A stretch of DNA of 62,008 bases, counting the filler. It is 6 parts of 6 records of this genome, joined end to end, with 100 filler letters (N's around TTAATTAATTAA, not from the genome) between each part and the next. Parts side by side here need not be neighbours in the genome. Positions count along the whole stretch, not along the records: positions 14,870 to 22,743 come from SRR2962707_3881; positions 22,844 to 39,976 come from SRR2962707_3882; 4 more parts are not named here. One strand, 5' to 3'. The notes beneath the pieces were generated by a model. The model was not told the origin of the DNA and did no database searches. It was given only the letters and a program-made list of their open reading frames with translations. Shown here in pieces: positions 18,401 to 28,800 of the stretch. The translations under genes were made by a program, and so were the position numbers. Every line of letters begins with the position of its first letter. Position 1 is the stretch's first letter.

Positions 18401-19411
18401 ATGACTGCACCCTTTGCCCTGTCGCTGCAGGATCTCGCTCCCATTGCCGAAGGCACCTCCACTTCTCAGGCGATGGCTGAAACCATCGCCCTGGCGCAGA
18501 CGGCCGATGAACTGGGCTATGAGCGGCTCTGGTATGCCGAGCATCACGGCATGCCCTCGATCGCTTCTTCGGTCCCCGAAATCCTGATTGGCAGCGCCGC
18601 GGCCCACACCAAATCCATTCGCGTGGGGTCCGGGGGCGTCATGCTGCTCAACCATGCGCCGCTGCGCATCGCCGAGGCCTATCGCACGCTTGAGGGATTG
18701 CATCCGGGGCGTATCGATCTGGGGCTGGGCCGTGCGCCCGGCGGCGATGGTTATGCGATGCGGGCGCTGCGCAGTGGCGGGGGCGAGGAATTCTCCAACT
18801 ATCTGGCCGAGCTGATGGCTTTTGATGAGGACAGCTTTCCGGCCGATCATCCCTATTCCCGGGTGCCGGTATCGCCCGGCGGTATTGGCCTGCCGCCGAA
18901 GTGGCTGCTGGGCTCGTCGGGCAATAGCGCGCAGGCGGCCGGCCAATTGGGTTTTGGCTATGCCTTTGCCGCCCATTTCAGCCATACCCCGCCCGCCCCG
19001 GCGTTCGAGGCCTATCGCAACGCCTTCAAGGCCAGTGCCGCTTTTCCCAAGCCCCGGACCATTATGTGCGTCTCGGTGATCTGCGCGCCGACAGATGAGG
19101 AAGCGCAATATCTCTCGCGCTCGCAGGCGGTGAGCTGGGCGCTGTTCACCTCGGGCGAGCAGCGCAAGCTGATGAGCCCCGAAGAGGCCCATGCCCGCGT
19201 TTTGACGCCCCAGCAGCAGGCGGTGATCGATCACCAGTCGAGCCTGTGGATCATCGGCTCGCCCCAGACGGTGGCTGACACCATCGCCGAAAAGGCCAGG
19301 GGCAGTGCTGCCGATGAGGTGATGATGACAACCACCATCCACGATTACGGGCTGCGCCGGCGCTCCTATGAGCTGGTGGCCAAGGCGTTCGATGTGGCGC
19401 CACGGGTCTGA
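18401..19411 (+). CDS. LLM-class (luciferase-like) flavin-dependent oxidoreductase
   Basis: WYAEHH, IRVGSGGVML, GRIDLGLGRAPG, WLLGSS. Confidence 0.92.
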   Translation: MTAPFALSLQDLAPIAEGTSTSQAMAETIALAQTADELGYERLWYAEHHGMPSIASSVPEILIGSAAAHTKSIRVGSGGVMLLNHAPLRIAEAYRTLEGLHPGRIDLGLGRAPGGDGYAMRALRSGGGEEFSNYLAELMAFDEDSFPADHPYSRVPVSPGGIGLPPKWLLGSSGNSAQAAGQLGFGYAFAAHFSHTPPAPAFEAYRNAFKASAAFPKPRTIMCVSVICAPTDEEAQYLSRSQAVSWALFTSGEQRKLMSPEEAHARVLTPQQQAVIDHQSSLWIIGSPQTVADTIAEKARGSAADEVMMTTTIHDYGLRRRSYELVAKAFDVAPRV

Positions 19412-19503
19412 CTATCCAGCTCCGGACAGGCGCGGCGGTCGTTAACGTCTCGTTGCCCGGTGCGGATTAGCATGGTGCCCAACAAGTCTGCCCAGGTTGG
19501 TCA

Positions 19504-20736
19504 ATGAGCGCTGCAGTTTTCGTTCTGGCAATTAATCTCTGTGTTGCCGGAATTTTCGTCACCGCTTTCCTGCTGGTGGCCGTCTATACGCGCGCGGTCA
19601 GCGCCCGCTGGCTGGCGCTCGCCTATGGCGCCGGGGTGGTCAATGTCGGGCTTGAGCTGATCCTGCCGTTTCAGGCCGAGCCAAGGCTGTTCAGCATCGG
19701 CATCTTTGCCGCCTTCCTGCTGGCGCAGGCGTTTGCCGTGGTGGGACTGGCACGCAATTATCGGCTTGAGCCGCCATGGCGATTGCTGGCCGGGCTGGTG
19801 CTGGTGTCGATGATTGCCATTGTGCTGATCATCGACATGGATCGGCGCTCGCTCCTGCGCGGGCTTGGCTATCAGGGGCCCTATGCGCTGATGCAGCTGC
19901 TGGGCATGCTGGTGGTGCTGCGCTCGGGTCGGCGGCATGTGCTCGATCTGGTGCTGCTGGTGATCTATGCGCTGGGGGCGCTGAATTTTCTGGGTAAACC
20001 GTTTCTGGCCGTGGCGCTGGGGCCCGGCATCAATGCGCAGGCCTATATCGGCACCACCTATGCGGCCATTTCCCAGGCGGTGGGGGCTGTGCTGCTGATT
20101 GCCAATGGCATTTTGATGCTGGTGATCCTGTTGCGCGATGCGATGGTTACCATGACCACCCAGACCGAGACCGATCCGCTGTCGGGGCTGCTGAACCGGC
20201 GCGGTTTTGAGGATCACGCCGAAAAACTGCTGGCCAACGCGCGCCGCACGGGCGTGCCGGTGAGCATTGTGGTGGCGGATCTGGATCATTTCAAATCGAT
20301 CAATGACCAATATGGTCATCCGGTGGGCGATGTGGTGATCAGCAGCTTCTCCAAAACCCTGATGGCGGCGGCGGATATGGGAGCGATGACGGTTTCGGGC
20401 GCCATTCTGGGGCGGCTGGGGGGCGAGGAATTCGCCGCGCTGGCGCCGGGCAGCGGGCTCAATACCGCGCAGCTGTTCGCCGAGCGCGTACGCATGCAAT
20501 TCGCTGCCGAGCCGGTGATCGCCCAGGCGCCGGACAAGCGTCCGACGGCCAGCTATGGGGTGGCCCAGCTGCGGCCCGATGAAGGGCTGTTTGATCTGTT
20601 GCGCCGCGCCGATGCGGCCCTGTACGAAGCCAAGAAGACCGGGCGGGACCGTATCTGCGTGGCCGAAGCCGAACACCCTTTGCCGCCGCCCGTCCCAGTG
20701 GGAGCCGACCGGCGGCAGGGGTCGCGCCGACCCTAA
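19504..20736 (+). CDS. Membrane-bound diguanylate cyclase
   Basis: About seven N-terminal transmembrane helices; DPLSGLLNRR, DLDHFKSIND, GGEEF, ADAALYEAK. Confidence 0.92.
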   Translation: MSAAVFVLAINLCVAGIFVTAFLLVAVYTRAVSARWLALAYGAGVVNVGLELILPFQAEPRLFSIGIFAAFLLAQAFAVVGLARNYRLEPPWRLLAGLVLVSMIAIVLIIDMDRRSLLRGLGYQGPYALMQLLGMLVVLRSGRRHVLDLVLLVIYALGALNFLGKPFLAVALGPGINAQAYIGTTYAAISQAVGAVLLIANGILMLVILLRDAMVTMTTQTETDPLSGLLNRRGFEDHAEKLLANARRTGVPVSIVVADLDHFKSINDQYGHPVGDVVISSFSKTLMAAADMGAMTVSGAILGRLGGEEFAALAPGSGLNTAQLFAERVRMQFAAEPVIAQAPDKRPTASYGVAQLRPDEGLFDLLRRADAALYEAKKTGRDRICVAEAEHPLPPPVPVGADRRQGSRRP

Positions 20737-21035
20737 TTGTCGCCGCGCCGCTCGACGAACTCGAAGCCATCGGCATCGGGGTCGACCTTGAGCGCCAGCT
20801 GCTGGCGATCCAGTTCGGCCAGCCAGGCGGTCCAGGAGCATGGGCTCATGCCATTGTCCTGATCGACCGGGCGGGATTTGTCGGCCCGGGCGAATCGCAG
20901 CTTGAGCTGGGCGCGTTCTTCGCCGAAGCGATTGCGCACCCGGGCAATGGCGGGGATGCCATTGCGGTCGGCCACCCAGTTGCGAATATCGCGGTGGCCG
21001 GTGAGCATATGATTGGTGGTCTGATCCTTGCGCAT
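20733..21035 (-). CDS. Small hypothetical protein
   Basis: GAGGAG ribosome-binding site; H.DIR.W...G.PA and SW..W...D pattern of a small conserved family. Confidence 0.65.
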   Translation of the reverse strand: MRKDQTTNHMLTGHRDIRNWVADRNGIPAIARVRNRFGEERAQLKLRFARADKSRPVDQDNGMSPCSWTAWLAELDRQQLALKVDPDADGFEFVERRGDN

Positions 21036-21112
21036 TCGGGCTTCCCTCCTCAAAGAGCCGTCATCGTCCAGCGCAACGGCGCGAGCCCTCCACCCGTTCC
21101 GTCACGAACGCA

Positions 21113-21928
21113 TCAATCCTGCACAAATTCGGTGACAAGATTGAGTCGCTGCATCTCGTCCGCCGAAAAATAGTAGAGCCGTTCGGGCGGTGTTTCCAGT
21201 GCGTGCAGCCACAGCGCGGGATCGACGCCACTGCGGGTCAGTCCGGCGATGATCCTGGCGGTGGTGGTCTGGGCGCTGCTCATGGCCACCCCGGCGGCGC
21301 GCATGGCGCTTTGTGGATCGCCGCTCATGGCGGTGGCATAGATCTGGTGCACGCCGATGGCCGCTTCGGGACTGGCCAGACGCGCGGCGCCGGCGGCAAA
21401 GATGATGGGGCAGGAGGAAGCGCACAGCGCGCCTGCTTCCACCCGGGTGGTCAGGCCCTGCTCGTGGATCAGTTCGGCCATGGCCAAGGCGTCCTCGACC
21501 GAACCGCCGGGTGAATCGAGCACGATGGACTGCACATATTCGCCACGCGCCTCGATCTCGCTGGCAAAGCGGGTGGCGCTGCCGGGGTCGATGGTGCCGG
21601 TCAGGGTCAGCCGACCGGCGCTGCCCAGGGCGATTTCGAGGGGCTGCTGCAGGATATCGGGCGCAGTGGTGATGTCGGGCATCGGGCCGGTATCGGGGCC
21701 GTCACTGGCTGGCGGCAGGATGGGCTGGAAGGTGGCCGGTTCGGTGGTGGTCTGATTGTCGGTGAGTTCGCGGAAATCGACAAACAGCACCGCGGCGGTG
21801 CCCGCCAGCATGATGAAAAAAGCCACGCGCAGAATAGCGCCGTCCTCGATGGCGGCGAGGCGGTCGATCAGGCGGCGGTAGAACGGCCCCTGGGCGTGGT
21901 CGGCGTGGGCATTGGCATCGAATTTCAT
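21113..21928 (-). CDS. Membrane-anchored ClpP/crotonase-like periplasmic protein (COG3904-like)
   Basis: One transmembrane helix; LDSPGGSV, CASSC..FAAG, IGVHQ. Confidence 0.75.
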   Translation of the reverse strand: MKFDANAHADHAQGPFYRRLIDRLAAIEDGAILRVAFFIMLAGTAAVLFVDFRELTDNQTTTEPATFQPILPPASDGPDTGPMPDITTAPDILQQPLEIALGSAGRLTLTGTIDPGSATRFASEIEARGEYVQSIVLDSPGGSVEDALAMAELIHEQGLTTRVEAGALCASSCPIIFAAGAARLASPEAAIGVHQIYATAMSGDPQSAMRAAGVAMSSAQTTTARIIAGLTRSGVDPALWLHALETPPERLYYFSADEMQRLNLVTEFVQD

Positions 21929-22743
21929 GCCGGGCGCGGCCCGTCAGTGCGCTTGCGCTGGGCCGCGTCGATGGGGGTCACCGTGCCCTCGTCCGCTGGC
22001 GCTTCGGCGACCTCGGGGGCCGGTTCTTCCGGCGTGGGGACAGGCTCGGCAATCGGTTTGGGCTGGCCGGTGGCCACATCAATACCGGCGGTTTCCATCT
22101 GGCGGAACAGGGCCATGGCCCGCAGCATTTCGGCGGCGGTGATGGTTTCGGCCTCGGCCAGGGATTGGGAATCCTTGCGCATGGCGTCATTGACGATCAT
22201 CAGCACCAGAACCAGCACCACGGGCAGCAGGTCAATCGAGATGGCGCCCGCCCAGCTGGGGATGAAATCGCTCCAATAGGCCAGCACGGCCTCGGCGCTC
22301 GATAGCGGCACGAAGCGGCGCTGCTCGACGCTGGGGGTGGCCAGGATTTCGTCGGCGGCAGCGCTCAGCGCGGCCGATTGGGCGGCCACCGAAACGCGCA
22401 CGGTTTCCATCACCTGATCCTGCCGATTGGCCAGATCGGCGCTCTGGCCATTGGCGACCGGGGCAATGAAGCCGGCCGACAGATCGGCGGCGGCGCGTTT
22501 GACCGAGGCGGCAATATCGGTCTGCTGCAGCGCGGCAATCACCGCCGAGAGCTGCACGGCCTCGGACTGGAAACTGTCCGAGCGCGGCTCGATGGCGCCG
22601 GGGGTGGAGACCAGTTCGCGCATATTGGCCAGACGGGTCGAGCCTTCATCGAACAGGCCGGCGACCTCGTCGCGACTGGCCGAAATCGACGCGCCCAGCT
22701 GGCTCATCTGCGCGCTCATCTGGGTGAGCAATTGCACCACGCT
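21925..22743 (-). CDS. Hypothetical membrane/coiled-coil protein, 5' truncated
   Basis: ORF open to the contig edge; WAGAISIDLLP transmembrane segment; ATGA overlap with the next gene. Confidence 0.7.
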   Translation of the reverse strand, partial: SVVQLLTQMSAQMSQLGASISASRDEVAGLFDEGSTRLANMRELVSTPGAIEPRSDSFQSEAVQLSAVIAALQQTDIAASVKRAAADLSAGFIAPVANGQSADLANRQDQVMETVRVSVAAQSAALSAAADEILATPSVEQRRFVPLSSAEAVLAYWSDFIPSWAGAISIDLLPVVLVLVLMIVNDAMRKDSQSLAEAETITAAEMLRAMALFRQMETAGIDVATGQPKPIAEPVPTPEEPAPEVAEAPADEGTVTPIDAAQRKRTDGPRPA

Positions 22744-22843
22744 NNNNNNNNNNNNNNNNNNNNNNNNNNNNNNNNNNNNNNNNNNNNTTAATTAATTAAN
22801 NNNNNNNNNNNNNNNNNNNNNNNNNNNNNNNNNNNNNNNNNNN
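22744..22843. other. Artificial contig spacer
   Basis: N44-TTAATTAATTAA-N44. Confidence 0.99.
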
Positions 22844-22844
22844 T

Positions 22845-25800
22845 GAAACAGCCTTTGAGATTTCATTGGATTCGGCTTCTAAGACATTGACAGGAACTAC
22901 AAATGGGTTTAACGAGGTATTACCAATGGGTTCAGATAACAATCCCAAGGAGGAGCCTAACGTTTGGTATAAATTTATTTATTCTCAGGATGTAGATTCA
23001 ATCAAGTTAGCTTATACCCCAAATAGTGGATTAGGCAGACTAGTACTCTATGATCAGGAGGGAATTGATTCATGGAATAATGTTGGTATTGACGTCCCTG
23101 TTTATCATAGAAAAACTAGTGTCTCTGGAGGACCTGTTATTTTGGTTGTGAAAGACTTAATCATTGATAAAAGGTACTATCTCACTTTATATAAATACTC
23201 TGGGGGTAGTGACTATCAACTTCTAATCGACACATATGCCCAGCAAATAGATCAGAATGCATCAGATAGTACCCAATTCAATACCCTAAAAGACCTCTAC
23301 TTAACCTTGGACGGTGATAGTTGGGGGCTCAACTGGCCAATATCGGATGAGTTTGAGAACATGGGCGAGGGGGAGTTTTACGATAGGGAAACCTACTCTC
23401 AGTGGGATCGATTAATAGTGGAAAATGGCAAGGTAACAGGGCTGGATTTATCAGGCCTGGGAATTACCGGGTCTATACCATCTTCTATTAGCGGTTTAGA
23501 TAGCTTGCTAGTCGTTGACTTTTCTGATAACAGTTTGACCAATACCCCTGATGAGGTTTGGCAGCTGGAATATGTCACCTCCATCGATTTTAGTAATAAC
23601 CAGATATCCGATGTGGTTGGTGATGGCTTTGGTAACTTATCAAATCTGATAAGCCTTGATTTGTCCGGCAATCAACTATCATACCCTCCAGATGAAATTT
23701 GGCAGCTGTCGAGTATCGAAACAATAAATCTGAGTAACAACCAAATCTCAGATATTGTGGGTGACGCTTTTGGGAGTCTATCTACATTGACCACACTGGA
23801 TTTATCATATAATCAGTTGGTTTACCCTCCTGATGAACTGGCTTATATCTACAATCTTACAGATTTAAATTTAAGTAATAACCTCATTGAATACTTGCCG
23901 GATTTTGGTGAAACTGGGGTGGCTTACAATCTTAATTTAGATGTTAGAAATAATCAATTAGGTTTTGATGATTTCGTAAATCTTTATGCAGAGGAAGAAT
24001 CGTTTATTTTCAATTCATTCCTTTATGAAGGTCAAGGTGAAATTGATATAGAGTTATATCACAATAGTGAGCTCTATTACAGCGAATTCTTTCTTCCGGA
24101 TACCATTAAATATGTAGATGGAGACTATCTAGCTTTTTATTCACTTCAGGAAAGTGAAGAAGACTATACGAACTGGGCTGTTGATCAAGGAAGTGGATAT
24201 AACATATTCGAACCTGACCCTTCAGAAGAATGGGTGATTAATTCTGCTTCGGAGGCAGACGAGGGGTGGTACAGAGCTGTGGTTACAAGTGATCTTGCAC
24301 CAGGGATAGAGTTATTTACTCTGCCATTTTACTTAAAATATGACGTTCAGCCTCTAATCGAAGAGGATCGTTCACAGTTTGAAGCCCTTCGTGATTTATT
24401 CTATGCATTGGGCGGGGAAAACTGGGAGGTAAGTGGATGGCCTTCACTTGCTACCTTTCAGCAATTAGATTCAGAGGGTAGTTTCTTAGATCGAAATACT
24501 TATCAAAACTGGGAAGGCATTTCTGTTCTAGATGGTACCGTTAGGAGTATAAATCTATCAGGAAGGTCTTTGTCTGGAGAAATACCTGCCTCTATTGGTC
24601 AGCTTACCGATATTACTAATTTGAATTTATCAGGAAATGAGATCATTGGATCAATTCCACCCTCAATTTCAAACCTGAATAAACTTTACCGGCTTAACCT
24701 CTCTAACAACCAATTGAGCGGGTCACTACCCGAACTCTCAGTAGAACAAGATAATGTTTGGGAAATAAACCTCTCGAATAATCAGCTTGAAGGTTCATTG
24801 GATTCACTCAAAAATCTAAGTTCGGTTGAGTTACTTTATTTAAATAACAATCAATTCTCTCATTTTTCAGGCGATTTTTTTGAGTCTCTACCCGAGCTAT
24901 TGATATTGGATCTTCAGAATAACTCATTTGAATCGCTTCCTCAGATTGCAACATCCACGTTTACTCAATCAGTTGAAGTAAATCTGGATCATAATAAGCT
25001 CTCATTTGGTCCATTGGAGCAGTTTTTTGACGCTGATGGGCATCCGTTTGACTACCTGAGAACCATTGGACAGCAACCAGTATTCAATCTGGATTCTCTA
25101 TATGAGTTTTACATTGATGATATTGTATTGATTAAGGATTCTATTGATGGATTGACTAATCACTATAGATGGGAGAAAAACGTTTCTACTCGCCTACTTT
25201 CTGAAGAATATGGAGAACTGTATCAGAATTGGCAAACCGTCATTGACAGTTCAAACACATTGCTAGTACCATTTTTCTCATTTGATGATGTAGATGATTA
25301 TCGTTTGGTCGTGACAAATGAAATTGTACCGTATGAGTACATTTCTCCACCCATTCTTATCAAAGGTAGATCTGTGATAGAATTTCTTGCTCTGAAGGAT
25401 CTTTATTTGTCAACGGACGGTGATAACTGGACTGATAATTCAGGTTGGCCTACGGCTGAAGAGTTTAACCAGATGGTAGCCAATGATTCATTGTTGAATG
25501 TCGATCAGCTTCAGGGTTGGTATGGTCTTGTGTTTGATGAGAATCGACTTGTAGAGATAGATCTATCCTGGAATAATCTAACAGGAGAGCTGCCTCAAAG
25601 TATAGGACAGTTTAGAGATGTGTGGGGGCTTTTCTTCTTGCATAATAATTTATCTGGGTTTATTCCAGAAGAAATTGGAGACCTTCCCAAACTCCTTGCT
25701 TTGGATCTTGCTTCCAATGACTTAATAGGTGGTGTGCCCGATAATATTGCCGGAGATACGCTCTTGTATCATTTGGAATTGAATGATAATGGCTTAGTTA

Positions 25801-28800
25801 TTAATGACCTCAGTGAGTTTTTTGGAATGAAAAATCTGAGAACACTGAATCTTTCCAAGAATATCATCTTAGGAGGTATTCATAATCAGATTGATTCACT
25901 AATCAATCTGGAGAGGTTATATCTTGGTCAATGTGAACTTACTGGTGAGATCCCATCATCAATTGGTAACCTTGTCAATTTGGAATATTTGAGTTTGGGA
26001 GATAATAAATTAATAGGTGAAATTCCTGAAGAAATCAGCTCTCTTACAAAGCTTTATAGTCTCTGGTTGAGTCACAACAATCTTACAGGGAATATTCCAG
26101 AAAGTATGTCATCCCTTACACAACTTCGAAACCTCTTTCTCGAGAACAACAAACTGACTGGTTCAATTCCTGTTAGCTTTAATAATTTCGATGAACTAAA
26201 CACTCTTAGTGTTGCAAATAATAACTTATCAGGCACATTATCAGCAACGTTTAACATACCCAATCTTAGAAATCTCGATTTAAGCTACAATTCACTTTCT
26301 GGTACTATTCCTTCTTTTAGCGGAATGAGTGAGTTGAGGACATTAGAATTAGTTAAAAATGCATTTTCAGCATGGGATACGACTGGTTTTTCATCATTTT
26401 CAGAGCTTTCGAGAATTGAACTTGCTCTGAATCAAATAGATCAAGAATTACCAAGTAATTCTCATTTGCTTTCAAAATTGCTGGTGCTCGATGTTTCTAA
26501 TAATAATTTCTATGGTAAAGTTCCTGCTTCATTGATTAATCACAGTTATCTGCAAAATATTGATTTAAAAGGAAATAACTTGGATGGATTTGAAAATAGT
26601 CCTGATGAGTCATCAGATCCATCCAAGACAATTAGAATCGATGGCAATAATCTTAGTTTTGAGGATTTGGAACCCTTTTTTAACGTTTCAGGAGAATCTT
26701 TCTACGACTTTTTCACCTACTCAAATCAAGATTACACGTATGGAGTAGATACCGTTTATGAGGCTGATCCTTTTTGGATGGCATACCTGAGCTATCACTT
26801 TGATTACCCACTTCCTACTGGCGATAATAAATTTACATTACAAAATGTTCAAGAAATTACTAAGTGGGATGGTGAGTTTTACACCTACTATGACTTTGTA
26901 GATTATGGTGAACAATATACTAAAACCAATGAGGCAAAAGTCCCAGCTCTTTTAGGTGATTATAATTCAAAAGCAAGATTCAAAATCACGAATGATCGAG
27001 TTCCTGGCTTGAGTTTATATTCCAGGGAAATTGATGTCATTAAAAATGAGAATTTGGATTTTGCACCACCAGATGGTGTTCACCCTATTGGCTATACGGC
27101 ATCTTCAATCAGAGTATATTTTAGAAATTTTTCAAATCTGGAGGACGGTTATGTGATTTATAGATCCACCTCTGCGAGTGGTCCCTACAGAAAAATTGGT
27201 TTTATGGAACCAGTTCCAAATGAAGGCTCTGAGTCCAATTCAACTTACTATTTGGATACCGATTTGAATGCTGATGAAGAATATTACTACAAAGTAGGTA
27301 TGTTCTTTCAAGGTGATACAATATTTGATAGCTCTCCAACAGGTGGCCCGGGGAGTCCCAAACTTTATTCAAAATCATTTTCAAATTATGACAACTATCT
27401 AAATTGGGTACGAGTGTTATCATATGCAGATGAGGGCGAACTATCATCAGCCAGCAAAGTATTTCTAAGTTCTACGGGAAAAGAAATCCAAAGCCTATTT
27501 CTTAATGATTCCGATGGTGAAATATTGGCTACTAAATCTGAATACGATGAGTTTGGAAGGCTTGTGAAAGAGTCAGTTCCTTACCCAACTTTCACTTTTA
27601 GATTTCACAATCAGTTTAGGTTTCAGAATGAATATTCAGTGCTTGAAACTCCGAATGATTTTTATAGGTTAAAAAATCAAGTTGACCCATCTATACCTAA
27701 CACTTCCAACCCATTTTATGAGGTCAAATATTCGTATGATAATTCATTTATAATCAATGCATTACCTGGTGATGGTTATGAAATGGGCTCAGGCAAAGAA
27801 ACCAGATCAAAAGCATTTCCTGCTTCACCGAATGAGCTCGAAGGATATCTGACTATTCGAAATAGCTTGCTTTCAAGAAGTGACGAACTAATGAACTTGT
27901 CCAAAACTGTTTCGCTTGATCCGAATGACAGATACAGCATAAGCTTTCTTGATCAGTCTGGGAGAACAATCGCTTCATGTGTAAATGGTGGCGAAACGAA
28001 ATCTATTTCTCAGGAAGCTAATTACTATGTAAATGTTTTTCTTCCGATAAATACGATCGTTCAAATCGCATCATCTCATTCAATTAGAGTATATAATGAA
28101 ACAGATGGAGATCAAAATTTAATAAACACAGTAGTTGCCAATGGAAGTATCAACTTAGCTCCGGGCTTCTATAAATTCAAATCAAACGGAGGTGAAAGTT
28201 CCTCTTTCGAGTTGACATATGATGTAGACTATGGAAGCATGTCTTACTACTTCTATGATCTGTCTGGAAAATTGATAGAATCATTATCTCCAAACGGACT
28301 GGATCGTTATCTCGCAGGGGATGACTTGTCATCTCTTGACAAAGATGAATATGAGCATAACTTAATCGGTGAATTGAAAGCTAGTTCGTCTGCAGATAGA
28401 GGAACAAGTGAATTTCTTTATCATAATAGCGGGCTGATTAGGTTTTCACAAAATGAGGAGCAGCGAGCGAGAGGAGATAATGTGTTTAGCTATACAGATT
28501 ATGATCAGCAGGGCAGAATCCTGGAATTAGGAGAACATGTAGCATCGGGAAGAAACTTTAATTCGGCTGGACTATTGTCCATTGTTGATCAGTATGGATT
28601 AAATTCTTGGAATAATAGCGGAAAAAGAGATTGGACAAGGTATACATATGATGTGGCAGACTCAAACTTCGCGAGCGAGACTGGACTTTCATATGATCAA
28701 ACCTTTTTAGAAGGACAGGTAAGTTTTTCTGAGAGCGAAACCACCAAAAGCTGGTACAGCTATGATGAGCGAGGTAGATTGCTCTGGTTTGTGCAGTTGT

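Noticed and set aside
22866-22868. TTG as the start of the giant protein
   Set aside because: The frame is open to the contig edge and there is no signal peptide; the gene is truncated
22845-27050. LRR region as eukaryotic contamination
   Set aside because: In frame with a bacterial RHS core, no introns, and part of an overlapping operon with Bacteroidota-type signal peptides
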